Of a stretch of DNA of 10,162 nucleotides, positions 7,716 to 10,162 are shown piece by piece; the stretch's first letter is position 1, and the number at the start of each line of letters is the position of its first letter. This DNA comes from a virus: the UHGV virus genome UHGV-0247313. One strand, given 5' to 3'. The notes beneath the pieces are model-generated. The model saw nothing but the letters and a program-made list of their open reading frames with translations. It made no database searches and was not told the DNA's origin. The position numbers and the translations under genes are program-made.

Positions 7716-7949
7716 TTAATGCAGCCAGCTGTCGTCCTCCCACACCTTCTGCATAATTTTCATCACTTGTTTTCTTTCTTCATCCAGTTGCAGTCCGGTT
7801 AGTTCCACACCGTTAGAGCTACCTTTGCGAATGCGAATTACCGTTTTGGGATACAGGGGGCGCAGATTGCGGTAAAGCTCGGATTCAAGGGCGTCCAGGG
7901 TAGACTGGCTAATCTTCTGCTCTTTATCGATCATTATTTCAATGCGCAT
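7716..7949 (-). CDS. dinI: DinI-like protein (SOS-response family)
   Basis: Start chosen at the internal ATG 7949..7947, preceded by AGGTGA with a 5-nt spacer. MRIEIMIDKEQKISQSTLDALESELYRNL...QKVWEDDSWLH has DinI family length and pattern. The track ORF 7716..8021 is a spurious 5' extension. Confidence 0.8.
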   Translation of the reverse strand: MRIEIMIDKEQKISQSTLDALESELYRNLRPLYPKTVIRIRKGSSNGVELTGLQLDEERKQVMKIMQKVWEDDSWLH

Positions 7950-7959
7950 AAAAGTCACC

Positions 7960-8148
7960 TCAGCTGATGACATCCATTGAGCGGTTGTATTCGTGGCTTC
8001 TGATTTTTGCCATGAGTTCATCAGTCAATTCAGAAACCCACTGCAGAGCCAGCCCCTTCTCTTCATCACTACACTCACTAGCCGCTACAAGCTTAAGAAA
8101 AAAATCAATGCGCTGGAGCTTCAAAGACTCCAAAAAATAGTCCTGCAT
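7960..8148 (-). CDS. Hypothetical 62-aa protein, first gene of the LexA-box operon
   Basis: AGGAGG lies 4 nt upstream of the ATG. Its stop overlaps the dinI-like RBS, suggesting coupling. No family recognised. Confidence 0.5.
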   Translation of the reverse strand: MQDYFLESLKLQRIDFFLKLVAASECSDEEKGLALQWVSELTDELMAKIRSHEYNRSMDVIS

Positions 8149-8188
8149 CTTTCCTCCTATGACACCAAAACAATACTGTATACATAAC

Positions 8189-8208
8189 CACTGTTTATAT
8201 TTACAGTA
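8189..8208. promoter_or_regulatory. LexA box (SOS operator) upstream of orf62 and the DinI-like gene
   Basis: caCTGTttatatttACAGta fits the CTGT-N8-ACAG consensus with an AT-rich spacer, about 40 bp upstream of the orf62 start. A second half-site tactgtata lies at 8174..8182. Confidence 0.65.
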
Positions 8209-8300
8209 TATAATAATCTTACTGATGTAAAACGTTTTTTTACGTTCATCGGCCTGATATGCCTGGTATTATTAAGAGCACGAATTGTCAACCCGCGTAA

Positions 8301-9746
8301 TTAATACAGGTTCCGCCACTTATCATCTTCCTTCAGACGCTGGTTCCGATAGAAGATACGCAGGCCTGCTCCTGACGGAATACTGCCGCCGCGAAGGAGC
8401 AAATCGACTTCTTTCTCGCTGCCATCAAATCCCCTGGACTTCAGTTCATAGACGAGCTGCTGTCGCTGATGGTCTGTAATTCGCTGTTTGTAGTCTTTAC
8501 GCCGTTTCGGTTTCACCTGGCGTAACCTTGCAGCCAGTTCCCGGCGCTCTTTTTTGCTCATACTGTGCAGGTAATTGTGCAACTCCTTGTCATTCATACG
8601 GGTAATATCCGTTCTGGAGTCCCCATCAGCTGATTTGTCTTTCCCTTGTTGGTTCAAATTTTCAGCAAGGGGACAGTTATTGCCACGAGTCCAAGGGGCG
8701 CAAGCGCCCTGGTCGGCTGCCGCCTCCTGAACGTCAACGGCCTTACGAACCATTTTCCACTTCACCGCATGAGTGCAGATCTTGCCCTCTGCAATGGGTG
8801 ACCAGATGCCATAAATACGAATACCGTGATCGCCATATGCGGTCGGTTCTTCGTTGATTTCATAAGCAGTTCTGATGAGGTGATATTTGCGGGGAACCAG
8901 TACGCCGCCCTGCTTCATGATGTAGGTGGCAAAACAACCAGCATCAGCAGCAGCCAGGATTGCATCAAGACGCGGGTTATCCAGTACCGGCGCACCTGCT
9001 TTTTTGTCACCCTGTTGCCTTGCCGCCTGACCAGCCAGCAATCGCAGTTCACGGTAAGCCTGACGCCCCGGAATGCCAAAGAAGCGGAATTGCTGAACAC
9101 GATGCAGAGACGCCCAGGCATTAACGTATTCAGCGTTATCACGCAGGGATTTACCCGTTTCCTTGCTGATCTCCCCAGCCAGACCACGCCCGTCAATGTT
9201 CTTACTGATGTATTTCGCGATATAGCTTGTTGGCGTACCTTTGCGCGGGTTTATCAGCTCAGACTTAAAGCGTGGTCCCGTGTTATTGCCCAGCTCCTCG
9301 CGGTCTTCACGGATGGCAAACTTACGCAGTAATGCAGTGATGGCGCGGCGGTCTTTTTTACGCATGAAACACATGAGATGCCAGTGCACAGTACCGTCAT
9401 GATGCGGCTCAGCTACCGCACCTGCAGCAACACGCCCGATCTCTGCGGTTGCACTCATGACGTAATGTGGCAGTTTCTCTTTTGCCACCTCATTAATCGG
9501 TACGCATGGCAGGCAGTGAATCTGAGCCAGAAAACCATCTACCAGCGTTGAATCTTCAGTCAGATCGGTAAGCAGCCAGATTTCTGGTGCGGTTAATAAA
9601 TGAGGTTGCGCTGGGTTCAACTTGTTCCGCAGAATCTGCACATTCATGCCAGCACGTTCTGCCAGTTGCACCAGGTTGTGGCGCAATGCGAATGCACGAC
9701 AGGCTTCATCAAAATGTGGATGTTTGGAAACTTGGTAATCAAACAT
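8301..9746 (-). CDS. A: In-frame fusion: CII-like regulator N-terminus (about 110 aa) joined to a P2 gpA-like rolling-circle replication nickase C-terminal region
   Basis: N-terminus [25 protein letters not shown]...[29 protein letters not shown] matches the phage CII (186 CII/CP76-like) family. It then switches to [15 protein letters not shown] (HUH motif) and [12 protein letters not shown] (paired catalytic tyrosines). The HUH motif sits near residue 120 here; in P2 gpA as I recall it sits far further in. Start taken at ATG 9746, as in the plus-strand copy at 10087. Confidence 0.75.
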   Translation of the reverse strand: MFDYQVSKHPHFDEACRAFALRHNLVQLAERAGMNVQILRNKLNPAQPHLLTAPEIWLLTDLTEDSTLVDGFLAQIHCLPCVPINEVAKEKLPHYVMSATAEIGRVAAGAVAEPHHDGTVHWHLMCFMRKKDRRAITALLRKFAIREDREELGNNTGPRFKSELINPRKGTPTSYIAKYISKNIDGRGLAGEISKETGKSLRDNAEYVNAWASLHRVQQFRFFGIPGRQAYRELRLLAGQAARQQGDKKAGAPVLDNPRLDAILAAADAGCFATYIMKQGGVLVPRKYHLIRTAYEINEEPTAYGDHGIRIYGIWSPIAEGKICTHAVKWKMVRKAVDVQEAAADQGACAPWTRGNNCPLAENLNQQGKDKSADGDSRTDITRMNDKELHNYLHSMSKKERRELAARLRQVKPKRRKDYKQRITDHQRQQLVYELKSRGFDGSEKEVDLLLRGGSIPSGAGLRIFYRNQRLKEDDKWRNLY

Positions 9747-9805
9747 GGTCAATGCCTCTGATGTATTTCAGAATCGAACTAATTAAGGTTTAGATTGCAT
9801 TCTGA
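9671..9805. repeat. Left arm of a 135-bp perfect inverted repeat (partner 10028..10162)
   Basis: Exact reverse-complement match over the full length, limited by the window end. Holds the cII-like start, the intergenic region and the last 9 codons of the 73-aa ORF. Confidence 0.95.
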
Positions 9806-9832
9806 TCATCATTAAACGAGGAATGTTGCATC

Positions 9833-10054
9833 ATGAGACCTAACATTTCAATCACTCTTACCACCCCTCATGTGACTATTGAACGCTATAGCGAGCTGAC
9901 AGGGCTATCCATCGATACCATCAATGACATGTTGGCTGATGGACGCCTTATCCGTCACCGACTGCGCAAAGATAAAAAACGCGAAAAAGTGATGATCAAC
10001 ATAGCAGCAATGACCGTTGATGCGCTTTCAGAATGCAATCTAAACCTTAATTAG
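9833..10054 (+). CDS. Small helix-turn-helix DNA-binding regulator (Apl/Cox-like?)
   Basis: 73 aa with an HTH-like segment ([23 protein letters not shown]) and a basic tail. Sits directly upstream of the plus-strand cII-like start, as apl/cox precedes cII/B in 186/P2-type early operons. Confidence 0.45.
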   Translation: MRPNISITLTTPHVTIERYSELTGLSIDTINDMLADGRLIRHRLRKDKKREKVMINIAAMTVDALSECNLNLN

Positions 10055-10162
10055 TTCGATTCTGAAATACATCAGAGGCATTGACCATGTTTGATTACCA
10101 AGTTTCCAAACATCCACATTTTGATGAAGCCTGTCGTGCATTCGCATTGCGCCACAACCTGG
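10028..10162. repeat. Right arm of the 135-bp inverted repeat (partner 9671..9805)
   Basis: Reverse complement of 9671..9805. It may extend past the window end. Confidence 0.95.
10087..10162 (+). CDS. CII-like regulator, 5' end only (second, plus-strand copy; runs off the right edge)
   Basis: ATG at 10087 with AGAGG upstream. [25 protein letters not shown] is identical to the N-terminus of the minus-strand fusion gene. Confidence 0.65.
   Translation, partial: MFDYQVSKHPHFDEACRAFALRHNL

Larger units (their letters stand above)
1..10162. mobile_element. P2-like prophage segment, apparently defective, with retron cargo
   Basis: Gene content and order match the P2 family: R, lysC, lysB, O on the minus strand, divergent from P and Q on the plus strand, then cargo, an SOS module and an A-like replication gene. 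Several genes are truncated, fused or rearranged. Confidence 0.85.

Noticed and set aside
7950-8021. N-terminal extension of the DinI-like ORF (track start at 8021)
   Set aside because: It would overlap orf62 in another frame. The internal ATG at 7949 has a proper Shine-Dalgarno sequence and gives a typical DinI length.
7993-8479. Plus-strand ORFs 7993..8187 and 8285..8479
   Set aside because: Antisense to orf62 and to the 3' end of the A-like gene and its flank, with no translation signals.
8826-9793. ORFs 8826..9332 (+), 8915..9196 (-) and 9587..9793 (+) within the A-like fusion gene
   Set aside because: Antisense or out-of-frame overlaps of a CDS supported by conserved catalytic motifs.
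1-10162. CRISPR arrays, tRNA or rRNA genes, insertion-sequence transposases
   Set aside because: No short regularly spaced direct repeats, no tRNA-like cloverleaf candidates, and no transposase-like ORFs were seen. The only repeats are the inverted duplications, the retron a1/a2 repeats and the short TCATGC motif cluster.

Overview
This window is a segment of a P2-like (peduovirus-type) prophage in an enterobacterial genome, apparently defective, carrying an AT-rich retron as cargo. All identifications are from reading the sequence and from recalled protein families; no searches were run. Left to right: tail-completion R (partial), spanins LysC/LysB and scaffold O on the minus strand, divergent from terminase large subunit P and portal Q on the plus strand. 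Q is disrupted by a 180-bp inverted duplication, and O abuts lysB directly, implying loss of the capsid/lysis block. Downstream of Q sits a complete three-part retron on the minus strand (NDT-like effector, msr-msd ncRNA, reverse transcriptase) that I recognise as Retron-Eco1 (Ec86)-type, so it is a known system rather than a new one. Beyond it are a small very acidic ORF, a LexA-box-controlled orf62/DinI-like operon, an in-frame CII-like::A-like replication fusion gene, and a 135-bp perfect inverted repeat duplicating the cII 5' region at the window edge. The only candidates for something undescribed are the acidic ORF and orf62.
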